Of a stretch of DNA of 64,000 bases, positions 38,874 through 49,549 are shown piece after piece (position 1 is the first letter of the stretch; every line of letters starts with the position of its first letter). The stretch comes from Thainema sp. (GTDB taxonomy: Bacteria > Cyanobacteriota > Cyanobacteriia > Phormidesmidales > Phormidesmidaceae), in contig JBQLZK010000003.1 in NCBI GenBank assembly GCA_052168235.1, forward strand, positions 96,001 to 160,000. The letters are read 5' to 3'. The translations under genes were made by a program, and so were the position numbers. The notes under the pieces are model-generated. The model ran no database searches. It saw only the letters and a list, made by a program, of their open reading frames with translations, and had not been told where the DNA came from.

Positions 38874-40343
38874 ATGCGAGTTGCGATCGTTGGAGCCGGA
38901 TTAGCGGGTCTGTCTGCCGCCGTTGAACTAGTCGATGCCGGACATGAGGTGGAAATATTTGAATCTCGTCCCTTTGTTGGCGGCAAAGTGGGCAGTTGGG
39001 TCGATGGCGATGGCAACCATATTGAAATGGGTTTGCATGTCTTTTTCGGCTGCTACTACAATCTGTTTGCCCTAATGCAAAAGATCGGCACGTTCGACTC
39101 CCTGCTGCAAAAAGATCACGTTCACACCTTCGTGAATCGGGGTGGACAAACCGGGGCTTTAGACTTCCGCTTCATCACAGGCGCACCGTTCAACGGGTTA
39201 AAGGCATTTTTCACCACCAATCAGCTTTCGCTCCAGGATAAGCTGCAAAACTCGCTAGCCCTCGGTACCAGTCCTCTAGTGCGCGGCCTGATTGACTTCA
39301 ACGGCGCGATGAAGACGATTCGCAATCTGGACGACATCAGCTTTGCCGACTGGTTCCGCAGCCACGGCGGTTCCAACGGCAGCCTCAAGCGCATGTGGAA
39401 TCCAATTGCCTACGCGCTGGGCTTTATCGATACTGAAAATATTTCGGCTCGCTGTATGCTGACCATCTTCCAGTTCTTCGCCGCCAAGACCGAGGCGTCG
39501 GTGCTGCGGATGCTAGAAGGATCGCCCTACGAGTATATTCACAAACCGATTCTGGACTACCTGGCCGAACGGGGTGGCCAAGTTCATACCCGTCGCGGCG
39601 TTCGCGAGATTACCTTCGCCGAAGAGAACGGCCAAACTCGCGTCACCGGACTGCAAGTTGCCAACGGCGATCGCACTGAAACAATCACTGCCGATGCTTA
39701 CCTCTGTGCCTGCGATGTGCCCGGCGTGCAGCGTCTCCTGCCTAACACTTGGCGCAAGTGGCCGCAGTTCGACAATATTTACAAGCTGGAAGCCGTCCCC
39801 GTTGCCACGGTTCAGCTCCGCTTCGATGGCTGGGTGACAGAGCTGCAGAACGACGAAAAGCGCCGTCAGCTCGGACAAGCCGCAGGGTTAGACAACTTAC
39901 TCTATACGCCCGATGCCGATTTCTCCTGCTTTGCCGATCTGGCATTGACCAGTCCCAGCGACTACTACCGGGAAGGCCAGGGTTCCCTCATGCAGCTGGT
40001 GCTGACTCCTGGCGATCCGTTTATTAAAGAAAGCAACGATGCGATCGCACAGCACGTGCTCAAACAGGTACATGATCTATTCCCGTCGTCGCGCGATCTG
40101 AACATGACCTGGTACAGTGTGGTCAAGCTGGCCCAGTCCCTGTACCGTGAAGCACCCGGTATGGAACCCTATCGTCCGGCCCAAAAAACACCAGTTGATA
40201 ACTTTTTCCTAGCCGGAAGCTACACACAGCAGGACTACATCGATAGTATGGAAGGAGCGGTGATCTCTGGCAAACAGGCCGCCTACGTCATGCTGGAGCC
40301 GACAGGCTACCGTGTCCAAGGCGCAGGTTTATTCAAGTACTAA
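38874..40343 (+). CDS. zds: 9,9'-di-cis-zeta-carotene desaturase
   Basis: [53 protein letters not shown]. Confidence 0.95.
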   Translation: MRVAIVGAGLAGLSAAVELVDAGHEVEIFESRPFVGGKVGSWVDGDGNHIEMGLHVFFGCYYNLFALMQKIGTFDSLLQKDHVHTFVNRGGQTGALDFRFITGAPFNGLKAFFTTNQLSLQDKLQNSLALGTSPLVRGLIDFNGAMKTIRNLDDISFADWFRSHGGSNGSLKRMWNPIAYALGFIDTENISARCMLTIFQFFAAKTEASVLRMLEGSPYEYIHKPILDYLAERGGQVHTRRGVREITFAEENGQTRVTGLQVANGDRTETITADAYLCACDVPGVQRLLPNTWRKWPQFDNIYKLEAVPVATVQLRFDGWVTELQNDEKRRQLGQAAGLDNLLYTPDADFSCFADLALTSPSDYYREGQGSLMQLVLTPGDPFIKESNDAIAQHVLKQVHDLFPSSRDLNMTWYSVVKLAQSLYREAPGMEPYRPAQKTPVDNFFLAGSYTQQDYIDSMEGAVISGKQAAYVMLEPTGYRVQGAGLFKY

Positions 40344-40479
40344 TCAAACCTTTCTAAGTTCTATGTTTTGAATGTTGAGTTTTGAATGTTGAATTAACCG
40401 TCAACTATGAACTCAAAACTCAAAACTGAGAACTCAAAACTCGCACAGCTCAACTGACTCTAATACCTACCAACCACTT

Positions 40480-40929
40480 ATGGCAGACTGGCTCGAACAT
40501 ACCGTCCAAATTGAGGTCGATGTCCCGATCGAACTGGCGTGGGAACTGTGGTCAGACCTGGAGCAAATGCCGCGCTGGATGAAGTGGATCGAGTCGGTAG
40601 AGGTGCTGCAAGATGATCCAGAACTGTCGCGCTGGAAGTTAGCATCCACGGGCTTTGAGTTTAGCTGGCTCTCGCGAATTCTGAAGGTTGTACCGCAGCA
40701 GATTATCCAGTGGGAGTCCGTCGATGGCTTACCTAATCGCGGTGCCATCCGATTCTACGATCGCAAAGGCAGCAGCATCGTCAAACTCAGCGCCGCCTAC
40801 GCCATTCCGGGCGTGATCGGCAAAATCATGGACAATCTCTTCCTCGGTCGCGTTGTTGAAGGTACTCTCAAAGCGGATTTAGAGCGGTTCCGCGACTACG
40901 CAATGCAGGCCAAAGCCAACGCCACATAA
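40480..40929 (+). CDS. SRPBCC (polyketide cyclase/dehydrase) family protein
   Basis: WLEHTVQIEV, WSDLEQMPRWM, WESVDGLPNRG; usual neighbour of zds. Confidence 0.88.
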   Translation: MADWLEHTVQIEVDVPIELAWELWSDLEQMPRWMKWIESVEVLQDDPELSRWKLASTGFEFSWLSRILKVVPQQIIQWESVDGLPNRGAIRFYDRKGSSIVKLSAAYAIPGVIGKIMDNLFLGRVVEGTLKADLERFRDYAMQAKANAT

Positions 40930-40987
40930 TATCCAAGTCCGCGTATAGGAACCCAGCTTATTTTTTCTGACGCGCTTGCTTCGCAAG

Positions 40988-41152
40988 GTACTTGTTTAGC
41001 GAAACACTCTGATAAATCCCCCTAAATCCCCCTTAAAAAGGGGGACTTTGAGCTAGCGGTGGTATAGCCCCTTTTTCCTACGCGAAGCCATGCCCGAAGG
41101 GCTATAGGGGGCGGCGACAGCGGGGGATCGTACAACTACGCTAAACACATAC
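40988..41152. mobile_element. MITE with 14-bp TIRs and an 8-bp target-site duplication
   Basis: Ends GTACTTGTTTAGCG / CGCTAAACACATAC (12/14); TTCGCAAG directly repeated at 40980-40987 and 41153-41160; internal AATCCCCCTAAATCCCCCTTAAAAAGGGGGACTT. Confidence 0.75.
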
Positions 41153-41431
41153 TTCGCAAGCGCTTCAGGAAAAATAAACTATGGGCTTTCAACCGAACCG
41201 CATATAAGTCATTCAGCTATATACACCATTCAAAGAAAACGGGAGCCGTGTCTACGGCTCCCGTTTTTTGGCTTTTCTAACACCCTATTCCATGAATGTT
41301 ATTCATAACATCTATGCACTATACATTTTGATCTGTATCAACGGTCACAATACGCTGGAGATAAGCAGAGGTTACACCTTAAACATCTTGAACAAAACGA
41401 AGGATGTAGCCCAATCAAGGAGGTACGAAAC

Positions 41432-41719
41432 ATGTCATTCAATTCCAAAGCTCTCAACTGGCGTCCGAGCCATGACCGCTCAAACTCCCCAGCGACCATT
41501 ACTCGCCCCACTCTATTTGATCATCTACGTATGACGTGGGAAAGCTGGAAACATGGTTTGTCTGCTAGCGGCGAACCCCACATTTGGCAAACCCGCGATC
41601 GCAACGGCAACGTTCTCTGGAACGCGTATGATCCAGTTAGCGATCGCAGTTTGTACTACGCATCGGAGGCAGAAGTTCGGATTTGGCTGGAAAACCGCTA
41701 CTCCTATCCTACCGCTTAA
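41432..41719 (+). CDS. Conserved hypothetical protein (WxAYDP domain)
   Basis: EPHIWQTRDRNGNVLWNAYDP...SEAEVRIWLENRY; AGGAGG Shine-Dalgarno upstream. Confidence 0.75.
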   Translation: MSFNSKALNWRPSHDRSNSPATITRPTLFDHLRMTWESWKHGLSASGEPHIWQTRDRNGNVLWNAYDPVSDRSLYYASEAEVRIWLENRYSYPTA

Positions 41720-41818
41720 CAACGTGAGCAGGTGTGCGGAGATTGCTGTTTAATTCAGTCAACCTATTCCGGACAAGCACCATGAATCTAACTTCACATT
41801 TAACGATTACTGGTTCAA

Positions 41819-41853
41819 AAAAACAGAGCCGCGCAGTGCGCGGCTCTGTTTTT
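41819..41853. terminator. Bidirectional terminator
   Basis: AAAAACAGAGCCGCGC-AGT-GCGCGGCTCTGTTTTT between convergent genes. Confidence 0.75.
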
Positions 41854-41864
41854 GCCATCAATTC

Positions 41865-44800
41865 TCAGTCCTGATCACGCAACTCCATACTCGTTTGCAC
41901 ACCTAGCAGATGCTGTTCCCCGTAGTTGAGCAAATTATCCAGCGTGATCAGCCGATGTTCCCAGGCGCGTACCCGATAGCGGCTGCTCACTGACTGAACA
42001 TAAACCTGTCCCCGTAGCCGCTGACGAAACTGATTTAACCGCGATCGCGCTTGATTCAAGTGGGAAGCTGAGGGAGATGCAGCCAGCTTAGTCAGCGCTT
42101 CGTCTAGCTCCTGAGCTGACCGAACCCACTGCTCAGATGCGCCACCCTGCACCCACATTTGGCGGTTTTCCAGTAACCAGTTCCACTCCCGCAGCAGGGC
42201 CTGATAACGAGCCGAGGCCGCTTCAAACGGTTGACGATAGGGAATTGGCTCGTCCGCAACGGACTCACCACCCTGAGTCTGATCAAAAATTTCCTGGAGT
42301 TCAGGATTGAGGTTTTCAACCGCAAACAGCGCGTATCCGCCCGTCGGCAAATCGCGCAGGAACTGAATTTGATCCAGCGCCACTTCATTAGGCATGTCGA
42401 GCAGCCTAATCCCTGGCAGAATCAGCGTTGAATCAAACCGATTTTCCATCAGCCAGGGCCGCGTTACTCGCTCTAGCTGATCGGTGTTTTGCACATAGCT
42501 CATCAAAACGACCAGATCAACATCACCCTCCTCAGCCCAAGCTTCCCAGTGCTGCTGCAGCTTCTGCAAGCGCTCATGTTCGGAGTGAGGGAAAACGGCG
42601 ACGGATAGGTTCAGATCGGGATACTGGCGCTCCAGCAGGTTCGAAACTTCGCCGACGAATGAGCTAACTTGTTCAGTCCGGAAGTCCGTCCAGGCTTGCC
42701 ACAGCCGCCGCTGCTGCTGCCGTTCGGCAGGTGAATGCTCGGGATTGTCACGCGGCGAAAGCTGGAGTGGATCAACTCCAGTACGCTGATAGAACTGCTG
42801 GCGGGCGGCAAGACCGTAACCGTAGGTGCGACCCGCGCTGGGATCTTGGAACGGATAGCGAATATAGTCAAGCTGAATACCGTCTACGTCATAGCGGCTG
42901 GCAATCTCGTCCACCATACGTAAGAGGTAACTGCGGACCTCTGGATTGGCCGGATCCAGGAAGGGCTTGTTTTGGCCCAGCGGGATCATCTCGCCGCGAT
43001 TGTCGTAGTTGGCCCAGTCACGATGAGCGGCAATTAGCGGACCAGGATAGCTGTCAGGCTGATTCAGAATGCGGTTATGGGCCTGGTTGCCTGCTGCAAA
43101 CGTCCACATCCAGGCGTGAATCGCCATGCCGCGCTCATGAGCCAGTTCCACCGCAGCTTCTAGCGGATCCCAGTGACGCGTGAGTGGATTCTGCTCCGGT
43201 GCCACGCGGCTGGGATAGATCGGATAGCCTGCATTGACGGTTTCAAAGAAAACGGTGTTGATGCCCGCCGCGGCCAGTCGGTCAAACACCCGCTCTAGTC
43301 CTCGGGGCGATCCTGCCGCCACAATTGTGCCCCGATCAAGCCACATGGCGCGGATTTCAGGCTGGGCAAAGCGATTGTCAACCGGAAAATCACTCCAGAG
43401 CGCATCCCGTACCGCCAACCAGCGAGATCGCACTTCTTCGTACTGGCGCTGTTCGATCAAGCCGTTCCAATCATTGAGTAGCGACTCGGCCTGCTGGAGG
43501 GCAGGGGGAAGTGCGATCGCAGGTTGATCCAGTCCAGCACCTTCACTGCTAGCGGTCAAAATCGGTGCGGCACTAGCTTGTAGGCTGGTATCGGCATCTT
43601 GCGATCGCGCAGCAAATAGGGCGCTTTCATAGCGACCGACTAGGCTTTCCAGTTCCTGACGCATGGTGAGTGCATCATAGGTATTGATCGGCAGCGCACT
43701 CGGGGTCACGTTTAAGCCCGGTGGCACCATCTGTTCGGCTGGGTCATTGGGTTCCCGCAGGCTGGGCAGCTGCTCGGTGGGCCGAATCCAAAAGCGGGAT
43801 GACGGGGATGGACTGGCCGCACTGGTCGTAGATGGCGTAGCAGGTGTCGCTGCATCTCTCGCCGCTAGACCCACTCGGTTGGACGCAGGTGCAGACGGGG
43901 TAGAAGACGGACTAGAGGAAGCCGTATCGGGTTCCACCAGCGGCGTCAATCGATAGCTGGATGGCAGGTCGGTTGACGTACGGCGCGACGTTTGATCGGT
44001 GGGTGGGTTAGATTCAGATACCGCATCTCCGGCTAGCGCTACAGGCGCTTCGGATCTGGCTGATGGACGCGGTGCCTGAGCCGTTTGATTCGGTGCTGGA
44101 TTAGACGGAGCTGATTGAGCAGATGTTGAGGAAGCAGAATCAGCTGGAGCCGCCACTCTGGGCGTGTTTTGATAATAAGACAGAGCAGCTTGCAGCCACT
44201 GACTATCAAACTGGGCCGATTGGGACGACCCCATGCCCCAGCGCCAGCCCAGCAGAGTTGCCCGCTCATTCGAAATCACCGCTGCGGCCTGCTCATTACT
44301 GAACAACTCCATCTCCGACTGCTGAATATTGGCTGCTGCACTGCGCCAGGTGACGACAACGTTGCTCATGGAATGGGTCGGCAGCAGCACTCCGCCCCAT
44401 ACTTCCTCACTGGTGTTGCCGTCCTGTACCCAGCGGTAGGAGGGATTGGGCACGGTTTGCAGATTGGCGGGTTGGGCCAGGGGAAACGCCCAGTATGCGC
44501 CCAGAAGCGATCGCAGTTGCTGACGCACTTGCGTTTCGGCCAAATTCCCGACTGGGCCACTAGCAATGATGCGTCCGCCCCGATTCACCCAGGCTTCCAG
44601 CACCGTTACCTGCCCGGCTGAAATTGCTTCTACGCTGGGAATAAAGAGCACATTGACATTGGCCAGATCAGCCACCGAGCGAATTTGGCCCAGTTCAACT
44701 TCCTGAAAGGTAATACCAGCAGCCTGAATGCGACTGGTGATGTTTGACCACTGGGCCTGATTATCCGGGCTGCGTACAACCCCTAAAACCAACTGCTCCG

Positions 44801-45011
44801 TGCCCGGATTCGCTGAGGCCACTTCCGTCTGCGCCTGGGCAGCGGGTAAACCGCGATCGCAGGTGTATCCCACCAGCGTCAGCAGTAATGCAGCAAACAG
44901 CAGCCGTCCTGTGCCTTGAGTCATCAGGCGATATACCAACCGAGTCATGAACGGTGCCGTGAATGATGCCATAAACGGTTTAGCGTGGCGCAAATGCTGG
45001 ACTAGTCTCAC
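41865..45011 (-). CDS. Family 10 glycosyl hydrolase-like protein (GHL10/DUF187) with a long Ser/Pro linker
   Basis: EIRAMWLD, GINTVFFET, DPLEAAVELAHERG, LDPANPEVR, YDVDGIQLDYIRYP. Confidence 0.88.
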   Translation of the reverse strand: MRLVQHLRHAKPFMASFTAPFMTRLVYRLMTQGTGRLLFAALLLTLVGYTCDRGLPAAQAQTEVASANPGTEQLVLGVVRSPDNQAQWSNITSRIQAAGITFQEVELGQIRSVADLANVNVLFIPSVEAISAGQVTVLEAWVNRGGRIIASGPVGNLAETQVRQQLRSLLGAYWAFPLAQPANLQTVPNPSYRWVQDGNTSEEVWGGVLLPTHSMSNVVVTWRSAAANIQQSEMELFSNEQAAAVISNERATLLGWRWGMGSSQSAQFDSQWLQAALSYYQNTPRVAAPADSASSTSAQSAPSNPAPNQTAQAPRPSARSEAPVALAGDAVSESNPPTDQTSRRTSTDLPSSYRLTPLVEPDTASSSPSSTPSAPASNRVGLAARDAATPATPSTTSAASPSPSSRFWIRPTEQLPSLREPNDPAEQMVPPGLNVTPSALPINTYDALTMRQELESLVGRYESALFAARSQDADTSLQASAAPILTASSEGAGLDQPAIALPPALQQAESLLNDWNGLIEQRQYEEVRSRWLAVRDALWSDFPVDNRFAQPEIRAMWLDRGTIVAAGSPRGLERVFDRLAAAGINTVFFETVNAGYPIYPSRVAPEQNPLTRHWDPLEAAVELAHERGMAIHAWMWTFAAGNQAHNRILNQPDSYPGPLIAAHRDWANYDNRGEMIPLGQNKPFLDPANPEVRSYLLRMVDEIASRYDVDGIQLDYIRYPFQDPSAGRTYGYGLAARQQFYQRTGVDPLQLSPRDNPEHSPAERQQQRRLWQAWTDFRTEQVSSFVGEVSNLLERQYPDLNLSVAVFPHSEHERLQKLQQHWEAWAEEGDVDLVVLMSYVQNTDQLERVTRPWLMENRFDSTLILPGIRLLDMPNEVALDQIQFLRDLPTGGYALFAVENLNPELQEIFDQTQGGESVADEPIPYRQPFEAASARYQALLREWNWLLENRQMWVQGGASEQWVRSAQELDEALTKLAASPSASHLNQARSRLNQFRQRLRGQVYVQSVSSRYRVRAWEHRLITLDNLLNYGEQHLLGVQTSMELRDQD

Positions 45012-45520
45012 GATTTCAGACCTTATTCGACGACGATACCTTGAGAACCTAATTGAAAATCTACAGGGTTAGCATGCCCAATTATTCTGTAGCTTCAACG
45101 AATTTCTACAAAGAGATTGCAAATAAACCGTGAAATTACGATGAGTTTGGGCATTTCATTACCAGATCACAACTATTCAATCAAAACAGCTTGATCAGCC
45201 AACGGGTTCTATCACTCAGGAATTGGGCTGATGCAGATGAGTCTTGCCCAGTCAGGTTAAAAACTCACCGTTCTTTTTGAAAGCTCACTGCATAAAGCTT
45301 TTCTAAAAAAGAATTGAGTTTCTCTACAAAACAATTTCCAACCCCAAAAACTTTATTTCCAATAAAGTTTATTGACTGGGTACAGGATTCAGGAAAACGG
45401 TGAGATTTTGTGGCGGCAGATGGGCACTCCAACGCAAATCATGACACCGATTGGTGACACGCTACAAGGTTGCGATCGCAGATTTTGATGAAAATTGGGT
45501 GAAGACCACAGCAAATCCAC

Positions 45521-46183
45521 TTAAATCAGGCCAATTAGCTCTAGCCAATCGGCAATCCCGTTCAGAATCAACTGCACACCAATCGCCATAATGAACAGAC
45601 CCAAAATGCGGCTGAGAGCACTGATGCCCCGTTCGCCCAGCAGTTTCAGCAGCAGAGTCGAAGAGCGCAGCGATAGGTAAATCAGTAAGCCTAAAACTGC
45701 GATCGCGGCTCCGGCTGCGGCCAAGTTGATGAATGTCCCGGTAGATAAGTCTCGTCCGGCTTGAGCGGCTAAGCCCAGCGTTACTGCGATTGAACCAGGG
45801 CCAGCCAGCATCGGAATCGTCATCGGAATCAGCGCAATGTCTTCGTGATGCTCTAACTGCTGAATCGCGCCTCGATTTTCCCGTCTGGAGATTTTGGGCT
45901 GAGCATTCATCGTTTGCCAAGCCGCATTGAAGACAACAATGCCCCCAGCAATCCGCACCACCTCCAGCGAAATGCCAAAAAACCGCAAAATGCCGCCACC
46001 CACCAGCAAAAACAGCAGCAGGACAGCCATCACATTCAGCGCCACTCGTCCCGCTAATTGACGGCGCACAGTCGGCGACGCATCGGGCGTCACAACCAGA
46101 AAAATGGGCGCTCCGCCAATCGGATCAACGACCGGAATCAGCGCCAGTAGGCTACCAACCGCAAACTCAAAAAACTGCTGCAT
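45521..46183 (-). CDS. marC: MarC family membrane protein
   Basis: VDPIG..PIF, FFGIS...RIAGG, PMTIPMLAGPGSI, RILGL. Confidence 0.9.
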   Translation of the reverse strand: MQQFFEFAVGSLLALIPVVDPIGGAPIFLVVTPDASPTVRRQLAGRVALNVMAVLLLFLLVGGGILRFFGISLEVVRIAGGIVVFNAAWQTMNAQPKISRRENRGAIQQLEHHEDIALIPMTIPMLAGPGSIAVTLGLAAQAGRDLSTGTFINLAAAGAAIAVLGLLIYLSLRSSTLLLKLLGERGISALSRILGLFIMAIGVQLILNGIADWLELIGLI

Positions 46184-46301
46184 GGAAATTGCTCAGTATC
46201 GCCAAATCTCGATCAATGTTAACGACAGCAAAATAAGACAGATTGCCTTCCCGCCTGAATCCGCCACAATAGTAGAGTATGGTTCTCCATGATGAGCGTT
46301 T

Positions 46302-47456
46302 ATGTCTATTGCTACCGTTGATCAGATTCTTAGCCGATCCCTAGCGGGTAAAGATATTTCAGTCGAGGATGGGGTGGTGCTGCTAAGCCAAACTGATCCA
46401 AGTGCGATCGCAGCCATTCGAGCGGCGGCGGATCAGCTCCGGCAACAGCAGGCAGGCGATACTGTCACCTATGTGATCAACCGCAACATCAACTTCACCA
46501 ATATCTGCGAGCAGCACTGCAACTTCTGCGCCTTTCGGCGCGACGCAGATCAGGATGGAGCCTACTGGCTCAACGAAGCGACGATTCTGGAAAAAGCGGC
46601 AGCAGCCGTGCAGCTTGGCGCTACAGAAATTTGTATGCAGGGCGGCCTAAATCTGGAGGCCAAACTAGACGGCCAATCGCTGCCCTACTACGTTCGGCTG
46701 GTGAGAACCATTAAAGATGAATTTCCAGATCTGCATCTGCACGCCTTTTCACCCCAGGAAATTCAGTTTATTGCCCGCGAAGATGACCTCAGCTATCGCA
46801 CCGTGATTGAAGCGCTGCAAGAGGCGGGCCTTGGCTCCATGCCCGGTACTGCCGCTGAAGTGCTAGACGACTCCGTTCGCCGCATTCTCTGTCCCGAAAA
46901 AATCAACACCGCTATCTGGCTGGAAATCATCGGCCTCGCACATCAGGTTGGCTTGCCGACTACCAGCACAATGCTGTCCGGTCATATTGAAACACCCATG
47001 CAGCAAATGCAGCATTTTCAGCACCTCCGCACGCTGCAACAGCAAGCCGTTGAACGCGACTATCCAACCCAGATTACTGAATTTATTTTGCTGCCCTTCA
47101 TCGGTCAAGACGCGCCCAAGCCACTGCGAAAACGAGTCGGACGCGATCAGCCAATCCTGAGTGATGCCTTGTTACTCACGGCAGTGGCTCGTATTTTCCT
47201 GGGTAACTGGATTGCCAATCACCAGCCGAGCTGGGTCAAACTGGGCTTACACGGCGCATCCGAAGCCCTCACCTGGGGCTGCAACGACATCGGCGGCACG
47301 CTGATGGAAGAACATATCACCTCAATGGCTGGGGCACAGGGCGGCACCTGTATGACGGTAGATGAATTGAGATCTGCGATCGCAGATCTGAACCGTCCCT
47401 ATCAGCAGCGAGATACACTATATAATCCTGTTCTCACGCCCATCGCTGTTTCGTAA
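46302..47456 (+). CDS. cofH: FO synthase subunit 2 (7,8-didemethyl-8-hydroxy-5-deazariboflavin synthase)
   Basis: [54 protein letters not shown]. Confidence 0.93.
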   Translation: MSIATVDQILSRSLAGKDISVEDGVVLLSQTDPSAIAAIRAAADQLRQQQAGDTVTYVINRNINFTNICEQHCNFCAFRRDADQDGAYWLNEATILEKAAAAVQLGATEICMQGGLNLEAKLDGQSLPYYVRLVRTIKDEFPDLHLHAFSPQEIQFIAREDDLSYRTVIEALQEAGLGSMPGTAAEVLDDSVRRILCPEKINTAIWLEIIGLAHQVGLPTTSTMLSGHIETPMQQMQHFQHLRTLQQQAVERDYPTQITEFILLPFIGQDAPKPLRKRVGRDQPILSDALLLTAVARIFLGNWIANHQPSWVKLGLHGASEALTWGCNDIGGTLMEEHITSMAGAQGGTCMTVDELRSAIADLNRPYQQRDTLYNPVLTPIAVS

Positions 47457-47470
47457 TCCAGACCCGATTT

Positions 47471-48691
47471 ATGCTGCCAACGGATTTGCTGAGCTATCGG
47501 CTGAGCGGTGATTCCCTAATTCCGAAAAAGCTGTCGATTTGCGATCGCAACTTAGAGATGGCGGTTGATCTGATCACCCTGTTTCAGGACTGCCAGGGCG
47601 ACACCCAGGGCAATTTAGATCGACGGTTGCAAGATTTAGAAGGTGAAGATACCGATTACCGAATTAGGCGGGGACTGGCTCACATTCTCCGCAGCAGCTT
47701 CAGCACGTTTGACATCGTTAGTCCCTTGGAACCGCAGGATCTGCGGCAGCGGGTGTTTAGCTTAGCGGCGCAGACGGTGCCGAGTATGCCCAATGCTCAA
47801 GTGCATTTGACCAAGCTAGCCGATCAGCTCAGTGTAGAGTGCGATCGCGAAGTGTCGGTCAAAGACATCCAGCACGGACTGTATGCTGACCTGCAAGAAA
47901 ACCGGATCTTGACCGAGTTTGATGCGCCGACTCCGGAAGCCTTGCTGCATCGCTACAACCTGTCGCAGGTGCAGGGTGTGTTCTACAAAGCCAGCCACAT
48001 CACGCTCAACGTCCACCGCAACGATCCGGGTGAGTACAAGCTGCTGTTTCGCTATCTCAAGTTTTTTCGGCTGATGACCTATATTGAGGGCGATGCCGAT
48101 CAGGGCTTTACGATTACGATTGACGGCCCCACTAGTTTATTCAAAGCCAGCACCCGCTACGGATTGGATATTGCTAAGCTGCTGCCTGCCTTGCTACACG
48201 TGACGCGCTGGAGTCTGCGGGCGACGCTACAGGTGAAGGATTCCTACAGTAAAACGCCGAAGCGCAAGCAGTTTATGCTGGATTCCGAACGCTGTGACTT
48301 GGTGACGCACTATCCGCCGGGTAAGCCCTACGACAGCATGCTAGAGGAGTCGTTTGCCAACCGCTGGGATCAGCTCAGCAGCGACTGGCGGCTGGAACGC
48401 GAGGTGGATCTCATCCCGATTCCCGGCAGCGTGATGATTCCCGATTTCCGGCTGGTGCACGAGGATGGCCGCACCTATTTGCTGGAAATTGTCGGCTACT
48501 GGCGACCGGAGTATCTGCGGAAAAAGTTCTCCCAGGTGCGACAGTCGGGCTGTCCGAATCTCATCCTGGCGGTTTCAGAGCGGCTGAATTTGGAGAAGGC
48601 CGGGGTGAATATTGCTAATACGCCTGCACGAGTCGTGTGGTTCAAAAACAAGCTCGCACCTAAAGATGTTCTTAAAATCTTGGAGAATTAA
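47471..48691 (+). CDS. DUF790 family protein (Bax1-like PD-(D/E)xK nuclease)
   Basis: LYADL, RYNLSQVQG, IDGPTSLF..STRYG, MIPDF...LEIVGYWRPEYL. Confidence 0.88.
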   Translation: MLPTDLLSYRLSGDSLIPKKLSICDRNLEMAVDLITLFQDCQGDTQGNLDRRLQDLEGEDTDYRIRRGLAHILRSSFSTFDIVSPLEPQDLRQRVFSLAAQTVPSMPNAQVHLTKLADQLSVECDREVSVKDIQHGLYADLQENRILTEFDAPTPEALLHRYNLSQVQGVFYKASHITLNVHRNDPGEYKLLFRYLKFFRLMTYIEGDADQGFTITIDGPTSLFKASTRYGLDIAKLLPALLHVTRWSLRATLQVKDSYSKTPKRKQFMLDSERCDLVTHYPPGKPYDSMLEESFANRWDQLSSDWRLEREVDLIPIPGSVMIPDFRLVHEDGRTYLLEIVGYWRPEYLRKKFSQVRQSGCPNLILAVSERLNLEKAGVNIANTPARVVWFKNKLAPKDVLKILEN

Positions 48692-48717
48692 GCCAGTGAG
48701 ATTGCGATCGCACTGAC

Positions 48718-49044
48718 CTATTGCATGCACTTTATTTCATTACAAATCTCACTATCTGAAGCCACCGACTTTCCATGAAACGTACACCAACCAAACTCAT
48801 AAAACGAGCAATAAGCACAGGTTTCTTGAGTTACGTTTATATCTTGATGATCAGAATTATCACTAGGATTCAATGAATCTTTTGATACATCATCTGACTC
48901 AATATCAGGGTGATCTTTACCATGAATCACCCAACTTAGGAACTGGTTCCAAGGGGATGACTGAACAGATGACTGACGCTTATTCGATATTAAAATAGCT
49001 ATCGTGTTTGTGATCGAAATAGTCATCATCTTTACCTCAAGCAT
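48718..49044 (-). CDS. Hypothetical AT-rich ORF with a C-terminal Cys cluster
   Basis: 108-aa ORF ending CAYCSFYEFGWCTFHG...EICNEIKC. Confidence 0.4.
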   Translation of the reverse strand: MLEVKMMTISITNTIAILISNKRQSSVQSSPWNQFLSWVIHGKDHPDIESDDVSKDSLNPSDNSDHQDINVTQETCAYCSFYEFGWCTFHGKSVASDSEICNEIKCMQ

Positions 49045-49549
49045 CTTTAATACAAAGTTATCAAAGCCTTGATCAAGTAAATACAGTAAATACTAGCAAA
49101 GCGTCCAAAACTGGATTTGATTACTCAATAACCATTCAGTTATAATGCGCTTCAACGTCCTCTGTCAAGCCGCTGTCAAGGTGGTCAAAAAGCAAATGAA
49201 GTTGAGCTGTTTGCCTCGTGAATTGAATTTTGGAGTCAATTCTGGCTGTATCAAACCGCTCAAAAACAAGCATTTGAAGATTAAAAGCCTCGAATATTAT
49301 CTGATCAAATTTTAAATGTTTTGGCAGGTTTGGCGGCACTTAGAATACTAAAGACTTTGTAAAAAAACGCTCAGGTTAGAGTATGGCAAATAGGCAGCAG
49401 GCTTGGCGTCTCTCTGAAGGTGTATAGATATATTTCGAAAAAGCTGCATTTCCTAAATTAGTTATCGCGTAGCACTGGGAGAGTATGGTCTGTTGCAAAG
49501 AGGCTTCCATTGCTATAGTTGCAACGTTTGCTACTGTAATGCTGAGCTG

